DNA of 64,000 bases from a virus (IMGVR_UViG_3300027156_000002); one strand, 5' to 3'; counted from the stretch's first letter, positions 28,180-38,092 are shown. Notes: a model not told the origin generated them from the sequence alone. Program-made: numbers and translations.

Positions 28180-28833
28180 TCAAATATTCTTTATTCGTTT
28201 ATAATCTTGTCGCAACTTTTTAAATTCTCCGATCCAGTCATCTCTCTTCTCTTCAAAGATTAATGGTTCGTTGTCATCAACACCCATAATAATAACTAAC
28301 TTACCAACAGGAATTCCTGTTCGTTCTTCGAAAGCAACTGCATAAGCAGATGTTTGCATAAAGTATCCGTAAATATTATCACGAGTCTTAACTCTTGCAG
28401 AAGTTTTAAAGTCAATAACTGCAAGTTTCCCATCATACTCTGCAATACAATCAACTGTTCCTGCAACTTCCAGATGATCTGAATAAAGCGGATCTTCTAA
28501 CGCATGTATGTTATTTATCTTGTCTAGATGTGGAATTAACGACCTGTAAACTTCTTGATCGAATATATCTGGTTCAGCAGACTCTCCACGCAAATAGGAT
28601 TCGCAGAGGGTGTGAATTCTTGTTCCACGTGTTGCTGCTCGATTTGAGATTCGGTTGGCTTCTGCTTCTCCGACTTTTTTTCGCCAAGCGATGATTGCTG
28701 CTTTTGAGTGCAATCCTGTAACTGTGGTGATGCTTGGATAGGCTCGACCCGATGGCGTTTTATATACCCTCGTACCATCGGGTTTTGTGTCACGTTCAAG
28801 TTTGGGTAAATCATGATGTATAAAATTTTTCAT
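28180..28833 (-). CDS. PD-(D/E)XK exonuclease (Cas4/lambda-exo-like)
   Basis: YPSITTV..RGTRIH..AGTVDCIAE..IDFKTS..YFMQTSAYA. Confidence 0.9.
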   Translation of the reverse strand: MKNFIHHDLPKLERDTKPDGTRVYKTPSGRAYPSITTVTGLHSKAAIIAWRKKVGEAEANRISNRAATRGTRIHTLCESYLRGESAEPDIFDQEVYRSLIPHLDKINNIHALEDPLYSDHLEVAGTVDCIAEYDGKLAVIDFKTSARVKTRDNIYGYFMQTSAYAVAFEERTGIPVGKLVIIMGVDDNEPLIFEEKRDDWIGEFKKLRQDYKRIKNI

Positions 28834-29453
28834 TATGTAAGTAAATGTATAGCCTCATTGTAGTGTTTAATGCGATCGTCAAGACCAATGTATCCACCAT
28901 TGATTTTACGTGTCATTGTCTTGATATCGCCTGCGTCTGCTTCTCTGTTTAATGCATTTTTATTCCAGAACCAAATAGCTGACATCAATGCGAAGTCTCT
29001 ATCAGCAGTAACCCAATCTGGGTTATCAAATAAGTTCTGCCAGTCGTCAAACATATCTTTGGCAAACTGCATGTAATTGTTTTTACCAGTTAATTGAATC
29101 GGACCACGTCCACGATATTTCCATCCATCGCCTGATTCTTCTGGACCATTACCCATACGATTAGCATAAACTTTGTTAGCAATCATTTCAGGTTTGCGTG
29201 CATAAGGTGTCGCTGATTCAAGAGTAGGGAAATACTTCTTGAAAATACTACATAAACCTTGTGCGGAGTAATTTAAGTTTTCTTCAAATACTGTCCAACC
29301 ACCAGACTCGTGACCACACTGTGCGAGGAAAGCTGCAACACGATGTGGTGTATTAATCTCATATGTTGGAAACACATTATTCATTGATGTAGCCCAAGAT
29401 GCTGGATCTTGTGCTCTTGGGAATAAATGTTTGAATTGTTCTGCTGTTATCAT
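28833..29453 (-). CDS. GH19 endolysin
   Basis: AAFLAQCGHESGG..ENLNYS..YRGRGPIQLTGKNNY..INGGYIGLDDR. Confidence 0.95.
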   Translation of the reverse strand: MITAEQFKHLFPRAQDPASWATSMNNVFPTYEINTPHRVAAFLAQCGHESGGWTVFEENLNYSAQGLCSIFKKYFPTLESATPYARKPEMIANKVYANRMGNGPEESGDGWKYRGRGPIQLTGKNNYMQFAKDMFDDWQNLFDNPDWVTADRDFALMSAIWFWNKNALNREADAGDIKTMTRKINGGYIGLDDRIKHYNEAIHLLT

Positions 29454-30220
29454 TTCTTGTTATCCTCGTAATCTTCGTACTTTAACTTAGCCAAGATATA
29501 ATCTTTAACTAACGATGAACGAACGATATCATCTACAGTAAACTCGATGCGAGTAAACGCTTTCATGTGTTGAGCAATATCAAAGAATTTCAAAATACCT
29601 GTAACATCGTTCTTTCTTTTATTTAGATCGGTTTGACGATAATCGCCACACCAAATAATTTTAGACATATGCCCGACACGTGTCATAACTGTATCGATCT
29701 CTTCATATGTCAAGTTTTGCATTTCGTCAACGATAATAATTGCATTATCGAAAGACATACCACGAATAAAAGAAGTTGAAATAAAGGTTACATAACCCTG
29801 TTCTTCTAAACGATCCCATGCGTCTTTACGATCAAATAACTGATGACAGATCTGACGATATGGTTGTTCATAGATTTCCATCTTTTCACCAACGTCGCCA
29901 GGAAGATGACCAATCTCTCTAGATTGAACAGCAGAGCGAACTACAATGATTTTATTGAATGGGTTTGATTTATCGAGAACTTCTTCTATTGCTTTATAGA
30001 GTGCAATAAAAGTTTTACCAGTACCTGCTACTCCATGTAATGCTATAAAATAATCACCTGTTTTATATGCGTCAAAAAATAATTTCTGATTATCGGTGAG
30101 TGGCTGAAATGTTTTTAAATTATCTAAACGTAATTTTAACTGATTACTGGTAACAGGTTTTGTTTCACGCTCGTCATTATGAATGTCTACTACTTTCTTT
30201 GCAGCTGATGTGCGAGCCAT
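29450..30220 (-). CDS. phoH: PhoH-family ATPase
   Basis: GVAGTGKT, IGHLPGD, FIRGMSF..IIVDEMQN, CGDYRQTD. Confidence 0.95.
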   Translation of the reverse strand: MARTSAAKKVVDIHNDERETKPVTSNQLKLRLDNLKTFQPLTDNQKLFFDAYKTGDYFIALHGVAGTGKTFIALYKAIEEVLDKSNPFNKIIVVRSAVQSREIGHLPGDVGEKMEIYEQPYRQICHQLFDRKDAWDRLEEQGYVTFISTSFIRGMSFDNAIIIVDEMQNLTYEEIDTVMTRVGHMSKIIWCGDYRQTDLNKRKNDVTGILKFFDIAQHMKAFTRIEFTVDDIVRSSLVKDYILAKLKYEDYEDNKK

Positions 30221-30234
30221 TAAAAATCCTTGAG

Positions 30235-30474
30235 TTATAATTGTGAGGAAGTTTTACTTAAATCGTTATGTGGATTTCTTTCGTTAATTTTTTGCAGCAC
30301 CTCCTTGAATCCTGTATCCTTTTTAACAGAAACGTGATCGCCTGTAATTGCTGGCGCAGTTATAACAGATTGAATATGAGGGTTGTCGTTGAGAAATTGC
30401 TCACGATCCGCAATTTTCAGAAATTTGTCAAACTTCTCGCCAGTGTTTGTATCGATAAAAGTGTATGTAGGCAT
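30235..30474 (-). CDS. Small FmdB-like (MPTY) phage protein
   Basis: MPTYTFIDTNTGE..FLNDNPH..GFKEVLQKI; CTAAATA just upstream. Confidence 0.7.
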   Translation of the reverse strand: MPTYTFIDTNTGEKFDKFLKIADREQFLNDNPHIQSVITAPAITGDHVSVKKDTGFKEVLQKINERNPHNDLSKTSSQL

Positions 30475-30482
30475 AATTGTAT

Positions 30483-31019
30483 TTAGCAAATCCAAGACGG
30501 AGTTGGACGATTTTTCCAAGAAAACATTCTCGTCTTATCGCCGAGATAATAATTTTTGTATGATGTGATAGAATCTCCTGCTACTTTATAGTGGTCTGGC
30601 ATGGCAGGAGTCGGTTCAGTAAATGGTTTATCTTTGGGGATATTGTTGGGTGGATACTGCAACTCACCAAGCAACATAGAACACTTATGCACTTTACCGT
30701 AGCGATAATTATATTCCTTAATCAAATCACGGAACATATTGTATAGCCATTGATAATTTTCAAGAGACTGTCTCACCCAAATAGCCGAAGGATGATTAAT
30801 ATGGGTAGCACTGTAAAGGACATCGTTGCGATGATCGCTAATAGTCCAAGTTTTTTTCTTACGCCCAGAAACCGAAGTAGTAATGGACTCGTGACCATCA
30901 AGGACACGATGAGCAGTAGATAATAGTTGAGCATATTCCAGAATCATCTTTACGCAATGTTTGTCAACGTGCATTTCTGCACAAATTTTTGTATCGTGGT
31001 GTAGATAAAATATATTCAT
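30483..31019 (-). CDS. Pyrimidine-dimer glycosylase (DenV-like) family protein
   Basis: MNIFYL..HVDKHCVKMILEYAQLLSTAH..THINHPSAIW..PTPAMPD. Confidence 0.75.
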   Translation of the reverse strand: MNIFYLHHDTKICAEMHVDKHCVKMILEYAQLLSTAHRVLDGHESITTSVSGRKKKTWTISDHRNDVLYSATHINHPSAIWVRQSLENYQWLYNMFRDLIKEYNYRYGKVHKCSMLLGELQYPPNNIPKDKPFTEPTPAMPDHYKVAGDSITSYKNYYLGDKTRMFSWKNRPTPSWIC

Positions 31020-31025
31020 AATATA

Positions 31026-31054
31026 ATTATACTCCAATATTGAATTAAAGTAAA
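31026..31054 (-). promoter_or_regulatory. Sigma70-type early promoter
   Basis: TTTACT-TTAATTCA..-TATAAT, 17-bp spacer. Confidence 0.8.
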
Positions 31055-31055
31055 G

Positions 31056-31226
31056 CTACCAATGTCGTACAACACCTGCAATAATAAACAAGTTTGTAAT
31101 AATGTAAACAGCTAAAATGAAAGTTCGAACGTATGCAATCTGATCTGACTCTTGGTCTGTTCTACCGCTCTTCTCACCAATCGCTTTAGCCCAAATTCTC
31201 CAAAGATTTTTGATGTTTGTATTCAC
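31056..31226 (-). CDS. Small membrane protein
   Basis: GTG start; LWRIWAKAIGEK..D..A..RTFI..TNLFIIAGVVRHW, a pattern familiar from T4-like phages. Confidence 0.6.
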   Translation of the reverse strand: MNTNIKNLWRIWAKAIGEKSGRTDQESDQIAYVRTFILAVYIITNLFIIAGVVRHW

Positions 31227-31353
31227 GTTTCAACCAATACTTATATTTACTAAAATATTCTTGCGCAGATGCTTCTGGGATAGCCATTCCTAACTCCATA
31301 TATTCATCTTTATGTTGCATCCACATTTCTTGAATCCAAAATCTAAATGTCAT
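31186..31353 (-). CDS. Small hypothetical protein (55 aa)
   Basis: MTFRFWIQEMW..YFSKYKYWLKREY; read manually. Confidence 0.5.
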   Translation of the reverse strand: MTFRFWIQEMWMQHKDEYMELGMAIPEASAQEYFSKYKYWLKREYKHQKSLENLG

Positions 31354-31637
31354 GTTAGCATCCTTATTAAGCCAATAAAGTCAATCGTCACCAAGAGCAT
31401 GTAGTTAGCCAGCATCCCAAATGATTTCCTAGTATAAGCAGCCCAAGCATACATAGCACAACCACTAATCCAAATAGGATAAAGAATAAGTAATGGCGGA
31501 GTGGGAACAGTAAGAGCCATAGTGATACTGCACCCAATACTAATAGCCCAAGCAAGTAATTCAATGATGAAACGAACTGGGTGAGAGTACCAATCATCCT
31601 TTATCCATTTAAATGTTGTTGTGAGTAAATCATTCAT
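31350..31637 (-). CDS. Small multi-TM membrane protein
   Basis: Three hydrophobic segments. Confidence 0.65.
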   Translation of the reverse strand: MNDLLTTTFKWIKDDWYSHPVRFIIELLAWAISIGCSITMALTVPTPPLLILYPIWISGCAMYAWAAYTRKSFGMLANYMLLVTIDFIGLIRMLT

Positions 31638-32155
31638 CCTAGCCTTAATCCGTCAATTGCACGAAGTTGTGTAATAGTTGTGTCAAGCAGAGGGATTGTT
31701 GCTGCTGCACTGGTGTGCAAAATTCCACGACCACCTGCTCTATTGAATGGGTCAATACATCCTGCTGAATCGTCCACTAAAATGTTTGGGAACATGCTTC
31801 CGTATGGATGTAATGCATATTTTGATTTCTCTGACTTAGAACGAACAAAATTTGGTTTGTAATTAATGTTCTTTTCTTTGAGCCAGTTTTTCTTTTGCTT
31901 TTTAACTTCATCGCCAACAAATGGATCGAATGTTCCAACTGATGTTAGAATTTCAATATCAATATCATCAATTGTTTTTACATGCGTCAACAGTTGTTCT
32001 GCGTCTGGCATAAAATTTAAATCTCTAAAAATTTTATATTCCATTACAGCTTTTCTAAATTTTCTTCCATTGTCGATTGTGCCACCAATTTCTTGGTATG
32101 CTGTGTTAAAATCTGACAATACGCCATCCATATCTAAATAAAGTTTAATTCTCAT
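31634..32155 (-). CDS. HAD-family 5'(3')-deoxyribonucleotidase-like
   Basis: YLDMDGVLSDF; ILVDD; GGRGILH. Confidence 0.85.
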   Translation of the reverse strand: MRIKLYLDMDGVLSDFNTAYQEIGGTIDNGRKFRKAVMEYKIFRDLNFMPDAEQLLTHVKTIDDIDIEILTSVGTFDPFVGDEVKKQKKNWLKEKNINYKPNFVRSKSEKSKYALHPYGSMFPNILVDDSAGCIDPFNRAGGRGILHTSAAATIPLLDTTITQLRAIDGLRLG

Positions 32156-32167
32156 GGTAATACCTTT

Positions 32168-32542
32168 TTATTTTTTTACTTTTACAAATTTGTGGAAATT
32201 TGGTGGTTTCCATCCTTCTGGTTTTAAGATCTTACCATCTTCTCTGCGAATAACTTTTCCAGTCACCTTATCAATTTTGGCAAGATTGGATTCTGCACCC
32301 TCGTCCCAGATTTTTTCACAATCCCAGCCACGTGAATGCATGTAGCCTACGATAACCCAAATCATATCAAAACATGCATCAATTGTTTCTGCGTCATCTT
32401 TAGCACGAAGTGCATCAATATATTCACGATACTCTTCGTCAATTAAACTAGAGTAAAGATCTGCTTGGTCATAATTATCTTCTCCAACTTTTTGTCCAGC
32501 TGAACGCATGAAAACATGAACATCGGTAAATACTTTACTCAT
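32168..32542 (-). CDS. MazG-like/PRA-PH nucleotide pyrophosphohydrolase
   Basis: LIDEEYRE..DACFDMIWV..SNLAKI..REDGKILKPEGW.PP. Confidence 0.85.
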   Translation of the reverse strand: MSKVFTDVHVFMRSAGQKVGEDNYDQADLYSSLIDEEYREYIDALRAKDDAETIDACFDMIWVIVGYMHSRGWDCEKIWDEGAESNLAKIDKVTGKVIRREDGKILKPEGWKPPNFHKFVKVKK

Positions 32543-32829
32543 TTGTTTCTCTCCGTATCAAAATAAAATCCTGAATGGTTTATTTCATCGGGGTTGTATT
32601 TAGTTTCAGTAGGTGTTTGGAATTCTTCATTGTACCATTCTTGGTCTGAAGGTTCATCTACGATGTAATCTAAAACTCCTTGCGGATAATATCCACAACC
32701 ACGAATAAACAAATCAAAATGTTCTAGAACATTGTCTAGACTATCAACGTAAAATTCATAATTTACTTTGGTGCCATCTGGCTTACCATAAAGATCTGTA
32801 TGTTCTGCAATTAGTGTAAACTTAGGCAT
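32539..32829 (-). CDS. Hypothetical protein
   Basis: 96-aa ORF in operon. Confidence 0.6.
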   Translation of the reverse strand: MPKFTLIAEHTDLYGKPDGTKVNYEFYVDSLDNVLEHFDLFIRGCGYYPQGVLDYIVDEPSDQEWYNEEFQTPTETKYNPDEINHSGFYFDTERNK

Positions 32830-32969
32830 AGTCCTGCTCCATAAATTTAATTTTATCTTTAAGTTCTTGGTTTTCGTCTGTAAGTCTCAAAACTTGAGCA
32901 TAAAGATATGCTACAGCTTCCTCGATCTCATTGGGACAAATTTTGTTATTGATATCTTCAATATGATTC

Positions 32970-33155
32970 TCAATCTGTTTTTGTGTTTTCATCTTTCTTC
33001 CTCAAAGTCCAACTTCCATCTTTATTGTCAATCCATTCGAGGACATCTCCCTCTTTCCATCCTGCAGATTCCATCAGGTCGTCAGGGAATTCCAAAATTT
33101 GCTCGCCAGTTGCAGGGTCTTCCTGTACTTCTATGGTCCATCGTGTCTTACTCAT
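32970..33155 (-). CDS. AbrB/MazE-like small protein
   Basis: ILEFPDDLMESAGWKEGDVLEW..DGSWTL; start moved to 33155. Confidence 0.65.
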   Translation of the reverse strand: MSKTRWTIEVQEDPATGEQILEFPDDLMESAGWKEGDVLEWIDNKDGSWTLRKKDENTKTD

Positions 33156-33483
33156 AATGTATCTCCAACCAATTAGTTTCTTCTGGTAGAATCTCCATGG
33201 AGACTCCATTCTTTTCAGCTCGATCAATCATACCATTGAGTACAGAACCACCATACGCATTCGTTCCATAACAACCTTTATGACAATCATAGATTGAACC
33301 AGAACTACCCTCAAAGGAATACATGTTCCCCTCAAGAGTAGCTCTAGTAATACCACTGTTTAGTTTCCAAGAGTCAGACCCAGCATATCCACCATACCAA
33401 CAAGCAAAAACTTTATGAATAGGTGGAACATCCTTGCCAGTAATCTTAACGACTACCCATTTGTCTGGTGTATAATCACTCAT
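33148..33483 (-). CDS. Conserved phage hypothetical protein
   Basis: YTPDKWVVV..WYGGYAGSDSWKLNSGI..SGSIY.C. Confidence 0.7.
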   Translation of the reverse strand: MSDYTPDKWVVVKITGKDVPPIHKVFACWYGGYAGSDSWKLNSGITRATLEGNMYSFEGSSGSIYDCHKGCYGTNAYGGSVLNGMIDRAEKNGVSMEILPEETNWLEIHYE

Positions 33484-34412
33484 ACTTCAACCACTTTCAA
33501 TTCAAAACGATCTGCACGATCTTCGTAGTTGATATAACCACGAGGATTGCACACAACACGAGTGGAACCAATCATGTAGTCAAAGTCTTCATGAGTATGA
33601 CCATGAGTCCACAACTTAATTCCTGGACGCTGCAAAATAAATTCGTTTAGATTGCTGCTATATCCACCATTCATCAGTGTCTCATCTTTGTAACGAGGAT
33701 GGGTAGAAGATTTACTTGGAGCATGGTGACCAACCACAACAATTTTCATTGATAGTGGCGTATCCAAATACACATGCTCAACAAACTTAATCATCTTCTT
33801 GTGGTCTTCAACTGCATCTTCAGGACACCATGTCGCAGGTTCTTCTTTGAATTTGAATCCATCTTGAACAGTGCGATTGATGTCTCCAACTTTCTCAGTG
33901 ACGTAGTTACCATTCTCATCTTTCTTGTAAACGGGAACTTTACGTGTAAGTATACGATTACTGTTTGCACAAATACGGAAGTCATTCATCATGCCACGGA
34001 TATGTGCAAGAGTTACAGGATCTTCGTTATTCATATCAGTCCACAAAGTGCCACCGATGAAACGAACACCATCAATGTCAACAGTTTCTTTATCAAGAAA
34101 ATGGACATTACTTAGCATGTTTGATGCCAGCATCGAGCGAATTTTGTTGGCACTCTCAGCAACGTCGCCATGATAATGCTCATGGTTACCCATTACATAA
34201 ACCACATGAGGAAACTGAAAACTGCAACGCTTAAAGAAGTCAACGATGCGACTGCTCCGTGAACCTTCCATAAAATTGTTAGGATCTGGGCGACCGATGT
34301 CTCTGGCAACACAAATGTCACCACTTAAAATTAATACGTCAGCATTCTGATCGTTCTTCAGATTGATATCTCCGAACTCAAGATGCAGATCGCTACAGAT
34401 TGCTACTTTCAT
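33480..34412 (-). CDS. Calcineurin-like metallophosphoesterase
   Basis: SDLHLE, GDI, GNHE, GHHAP, HGHTH. Confidence 0.92.
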   Translation of the reverse strand: MKVAICSDLHLEFGDINLKNDQNADVLILSGDICVARDIGRPDPNNFMEGSRSSRIVDFFKRCSFQFPHVVYVMGNHEHYHGDVAESANKIRSMLASNMLSNVHFLDKETVDIDGVRFIGGTLWTDMNNEDPVTLAHIRGMMNDFRICANSNRILTRKVPVYKKDENGNYVTEKVGDINRTVQDGFKFKEEPATWCPEDAVEDHKKMIKFVEHVYLDTPLSMKIVVVGHHAPSKSSTHPRYKDETLMNGGYSSNLNEFILQRPGIKLWTHGHTHEDFDYMIGSTRVVCNPRGYINYEDRADRFELKVVEV

Positions 34413-34575
34413 TTCACTTCCTCATAAAATTTATCCAGAGTTCCCTCGTGGATCATATGTGCTTTCTTACGACCAATTTTCATGGAGTTCCAGTGACCAT
34501 TACCATTCTTTTTAGAGATTAACTTGATAACGATTCCTGATGTCTTGGCTTTCAACATCATTCCTGGCTTGTATG

Positions 34576-34785
34576 TCATTTACAATTACCACCAAAATAT
34601 TCAATTAAAACTTCCAATGAAGGAAGCAACTTAAACTGTGAGTTATACGCATCATCTTTATGAAGATACTTACCTTCCTCAACGTGAGCACGCAGTTCTT
34701 CTTTTAGATAAGCATACTGATCTTGCAATGTTGCAAGAGTAATGCCATCGGCGACTTCGAAGGGAATAGTTAAACCTTTGTTCAT
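34576..34785 (-). CDS. Hypothetical protein
   Basis: 69-aa ORF directly below a promoter (TTTACA-17-TATAAT, 34820-34792). Confidence 0.6.
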   Translation of the reverse strand: MNKGLTIPFEVADGITLATLQDQYAYLKEELRAHVEEGKYLHKDDAYNSQFKLLPSLEVLIEYFGGNCK

Positions 34786-34803
34786 AATATAATTATACCT
34801 TAA

Positions 34804-35508
34804 TTACCAATAAATGTAAAGAACTTTATTTTTCCTCACGCCATGTCCTTGCAAAGTTATTCTTTGGTCTTTTGCAAAGGTAGAAGCACCTACACGATGT
34901 AGGTAACGATCTTTTGCAATAATTAAATCGCCCTTTTTGTATGACAATGTAACTGGGTCTTTGAGATCGCAGTCGCAGTCATCGCCAAGAAGTCCATGAT
35001 GTTTTTTGCAATAAAACTCAGGTTCTTCTTTATACTTGGAATATGTCTGAGGATAATATTCATAGGTAAAATTCCCCTCAGTGAGCATTAGCGTATACGT
35101 AAACACTTCATCAAAGTAGTCAAATCTCATGTAATCGGGAAACGCATGCTCATATGGGTAACGCAACTTCTCATCATCATAGTGCCAGATGCGTGGAGTT
35201 TCCTGTGTGACGATTTGATATCCAGGTCTACTAAAACCCTTCATGTATCGAACAGCATATACACCATAAAGATCCTGTAGTTTTGTATGTAAGATTGATT
35301 GCCCAAAACTATCCGTGTCAAATGTTTCTGAATAGTTTTTCCATGCAGCGTCACGATCGAAGTTCGTTGAGATTAAATGACGATAGAAACTATTACCAAG
35401 TACGTGAATGTCCTTGTAGAATTTCCAACTATTCTCACGTTCTTTGACTTCTGCTACAATCAAGTCGCAGTCAGCGTCAGAAATGAAAGACTCTTTAATC
35501 TCAACCAT
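34804..35508 (-). CDS. 2OG-Fe(II) oxygenase-like protein
   Basis: HYD..HRVG..RITLQGH facial-triad/2OG-binding pattern. Confidence 0.65.
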   Translation of the reverse strand: MVEIKESFISDADCDLIVAEVKERENSWKFYKDIHVLGNSFYRHLISTNFDRDAAWKNYSETFDTDSFGQSILHTKLQDLYGVYAVRYMKGFSRPGYQIVTQETPRIWHYDDEKLRYPYEHAFPDYMRFDYFDEVFTYTLMLTEGNFTYEYYPQTYSKYKEEPEFYCKKHHGLLGDDCDCDLKDPVTLSYKKGDLIIAKDRYLHRVGASTFAKDQRITLQGHGVRKNKVLYIYW

Positions 35509-35510
35509 AA

Positions 35511-35729
35511 TCAGTGCACCGAAACTTCTTTTTCAGTTACAGGGAGAACTGCTTCATGGATCAGACGATTGAAGTCTTCTCTATTACCAACAAACATATT
35601 CATCAGTGCAAGTCTTGCCAGAACTACGCTGGACAAACTTAGCATATTAATCTCATAACGAATCCCAAGATCGCCAAGCATATCATCGATCTCATGGGAT
35701 AACTTCTCTAGGTTTTCATCACTTATCAT
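35511..35729 (-). CDS. Hypothetical protein
   Basis: 72-aa ORF in operon. Confidence 0.55.
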   Translation of the reverse strand: MISDENLEKLSHEIDDMLGDLGIRYEINMLSLSSVVLARLALMNMFVGNREDFNRLIHEAVLPVTEKEVSVH

Positions 35730-36000
35730 TTAATTTCTCCATAAATTCTGCCAACTCTTTTTGATACTGCTCCCCATCCTTGGGGTCATAATCTTCCATG
35801 AAATATTCCACATATCGCATGGCTTCAGCTGCTTCTTCTTCGGTACAGCCATAGACAGCTTGAATCTCTTCTGCAGTGATGGTCTTACAATCCTCATAGT
35901 CAATATCGATCGTGTGATCCATATCATACCACAAAGACAGTTTACCATTTACGTTATAAAACGCATACCAAGCACTATTACTCCAACGTGCGTAACTCAT
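35719..36000 (-). CDS. Hypothetical protein
   Basis: MSYARWSNSAWY motif. Confidence 0.6.
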   Translation of the reverse strand: MSYARWSNSAWYAFYNVNGKLSLWYDMDHTIDIDYEDCKTITAEEIQAVYGCTEEEAAEAMRYVEYFMEDYDPKDGEQYQKELAEFMEKLNDK

Positions 36001-36185
36001 TACATCAAATCCTCATCATAAACTTCCATCTCCTCGTAGGAGTCCCCATCGTCCAGGGTATCGTATACTTCCTGGAGTGTAATATTTAAGAGCGCAGCGA
36101 TTGTGACTGGACGGAGTCCCTCGTCCCAGAGTTTCCAAATTTCTTGGTACATATCCTTCGGTTCCCAGCGTCCAATCAATCCCAT
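36000..36185 (-). CDS. Small hypothetical protein (possible HTH)
   Basis: LWDEGLRPVTIAALLNITLQEVY. Confidence 0.5.
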   Translation of the reverse strand: MGLIGRWEPKDMYQEIWKLWDEGLRPVTIAALLNITLQEVYDTLDDGDSYEEMEVYDEDLM

Positions 36186-36186
36186 C

Positions 36187-36417
36187 TTAATCTCCGTAAT
36201 GTCTCATAACCAACGTTGCACTTTCAATAAATCCTAAGCTATCGGATACCTCTTGAGGAGTCATACTGTCATACCCCATGGCATGATTCAGCAACTCACG
36301 TTCTAAATTAGAACAATGCTTCCTAAGCGAAGCGACCACGACTTGCTCTTCCTGTTTAATCGATAACTTAACATTCACTGACTTTAAATTAAATCCACAC
36401 ATAGCCATAATCCACAC
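36187..36417 (-). CDS. Hypothetical protein
   Basis: ORF below a TTTACT-17-TAGAAT promoter (36489-36461). Confidence 0.5.
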   Translation of the reverse strand: MWIMAMCGFNLKSVNVKLSIKQEEQVVVASLRKHCSNLERELLNHAMGYDSMTPQEVSDSLGFIESATLVMRHYGD

Positions 36418-36497
36418 CTTTGATACTTTCTAAAACCCAGCCAAAATCGACTGTAAGGAAATTCTACTGAAAAACCTTATTAAAGTAAAGGATATCG

Positions 36498-36731
36498 TTA
36501 CTGCAATTTCTCCATTCTTGTTTTCATGTGTTGCAATAGATCAAACATACGATCCACAGACATAGTTCCTGCAACACCCATATCTACATCCACTCGAACT
36601 GGAATCTTGGCAACACAAAAGGAGTCCCGCACTCTATTGGATGCTTCTTGACAATCTTTAAGCGAAGCGAAAGTATAACCCTCTGATACCCCTACCCCTG
36701 TTACAATCATCAACGCAAATAAGGTATTCAT
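36498..36731 (-). CDS. Small exported hypothetical protein
   Basis: Signal-like N-terminus; F.S..DC..A...C pattern. Confidence 0.55.
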   Translation of the reverse strand: MNTLFALMIVTGVGVSEGYTFASLKDCQEASNRVRDSFCVAKIPVRVDVDMGVAGTMSVDRMFDLLQHMKTRMEKLQ

Positions 36732-36837
36732 TTAAATATACTCTTTACAAAAGCATTAAGTGCACAGCCAAGGAGTCCCGCAAGGAATCCTAGCCCCAAA
36801 ACGTATAGAATTACAATATGCAAATTAGTATCCAACA

Positions 36838-37101
36838 TTAGTCTTCTCCGTAATAACCATAATCTTCGTCAGTTCCAAATCCAGCGGAAGCCATTGCAGA
36901 ATCATGGTCTCCATCCATTGAATCATTGTAATAATCGTCGTCTACCTCTTCCTCGAAATACCCAGAGTCAATCTCCTCGGAGTCCCAAGATGTATAGTCG
37001 GAGTCCCTAAGATTCCCCACTACTTCCTCAGGATCCTGTCCGTCTTCCAGTGGTACGTCCATCCAATAATTAACAGTTTTAAATACACGAATAGATTTCA
37101 T
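36838..37101 (-). CDS. Acidic hypothetical protein
   Basis: C-terminal DSMDGDHDSAMASAGFGTDEDYG motif; start moved to 37101. Confidence 0.6.
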   Translation of the reverse strand: MKSIRVFKTVNYWMDVPLEDGQDPEEVVGNLRDSDYTSWDSEEIDSGYFEEEVDDDYYNDSMDGDHDSAMASAGFGTDEDYGYYGED

Positions 37102-37118
37102 AATATAGCCTGAGTCCC

Positions 37119-37553
37119 TTAAACTAAAAATAATGCAACAATAAACAAAATCAAATATGCCCACCAAAGAACAAATGCACCAAATACTGGAGTAAAATAC
37201 TGCAGCATAACATCAGCTTTATTCACGTTCCAATAAGATGCAACAATGAAGGTATGAATGCCAATATACACTATGTAAGCGGAAAGGAGTCCCGCAAGAA
37301 TAGATCCCGAAAGATAACTAAACCCAAGGAATCCTAGAGCCATTACCCCCATATTCCAGAAAACCCCTGTCATCCATGGCGTATCCTCACTATCATAGTT
37401 AGAGTAAGTTTCTTCAGGAGTCCCCTTACTCTTATATGGTCTATGATAAGAAAGCACAACATCGCCAAATCTCTTATAGCCAGTGACGCCATTCTTACCG
37501 AATAACATTTTAGTGCCACCAATCTTCTTCACTACTCTAACTCTTAGTCCCAT
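37119..37553 (-). CDS. Membrane hypothetical protein
   Basis: Three hydrophobic segments; start uncertain. Confidence 0.55.
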   Translation of the reverse strand: MGLRVRVVKKIGGTKMLFGKNGVTGYKRFGDVVLSYHRPYKSKGTPEETYSNYDSEDTPWMTGVFWNMGVMALGFLGFSYLSGSILAGLLSAYIVYIGIHTFIVASYWNVNKADVMLQYFTPVFGAFVLWWAYLILFIVALFLV

Positions 37554-37656
37554 AAGGAGTCCCTTCGTTTAAAATTAGGGGTCGGGGTTTCACCGAGCAT
37601 AGGGAAAAGACCCAGGAGTCCCTTTAATCCCTTCGACTCATTTTTACCCCTACCCC

Positions 37657-37881
37657 CTATAGCATAAATTTATCCAAGTACGCCAACGCTTTGTCACAAT
37701 CGCAATCTGCAATTTCATCTGATTGCGCAAGTAAGACCATTTGCTCCAATGTATCCACCATATTCATAGTTTCTTCATCAAGACTATCTCTCCACTGCTC
37801 ATAGTCCTCCATGTCCTTTAGATCCCACATGGTGTCCAATAGCTCTACTTGTCGCTTAGTCAGTCCACTAATAGTAATCAT
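37657..37881 (-). CDS. Hypothetical protein
   Basis: ITISGLTKRQVELLDTMW. Confidence 0.6.
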   Translation of the reverse strand: MITISGLTKRQVELLDTMWDLKDMEDYEQWRDSLDEETMNMVDTLEQMVLLAQSDEIADCDCDKALAYLDKFML

Positions 37882-38092
37882 AGTATATCTCTATAGTCCT
37901 TTGCAATTGCACGTACATCACTAACACTCATGTTCAATTTGTATGCTACATAATCATAGTCATATGCATGCATACGTAGCATGTATAGTATGTCATGTAT
38001 CAAGTGTTTCACTGCAGCCATAATATCCTTTCTATACAGAGGGGTAGTGTATAGAGACCCCCCTCTATGGAGACCCCCCTATGGAGGAGTCG

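Larger units (their letters stand above)
36039..37622 (+). repeat. Cluster of co-oriented GGAGTCCC octamers
   Basis: Exact copies start at 36039, 36113, 36621, 36772, 36979, 37000, 37286, 37417, 37556 and 37615; variant TGAGTCCC at 37111. Confidence 0.85.
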
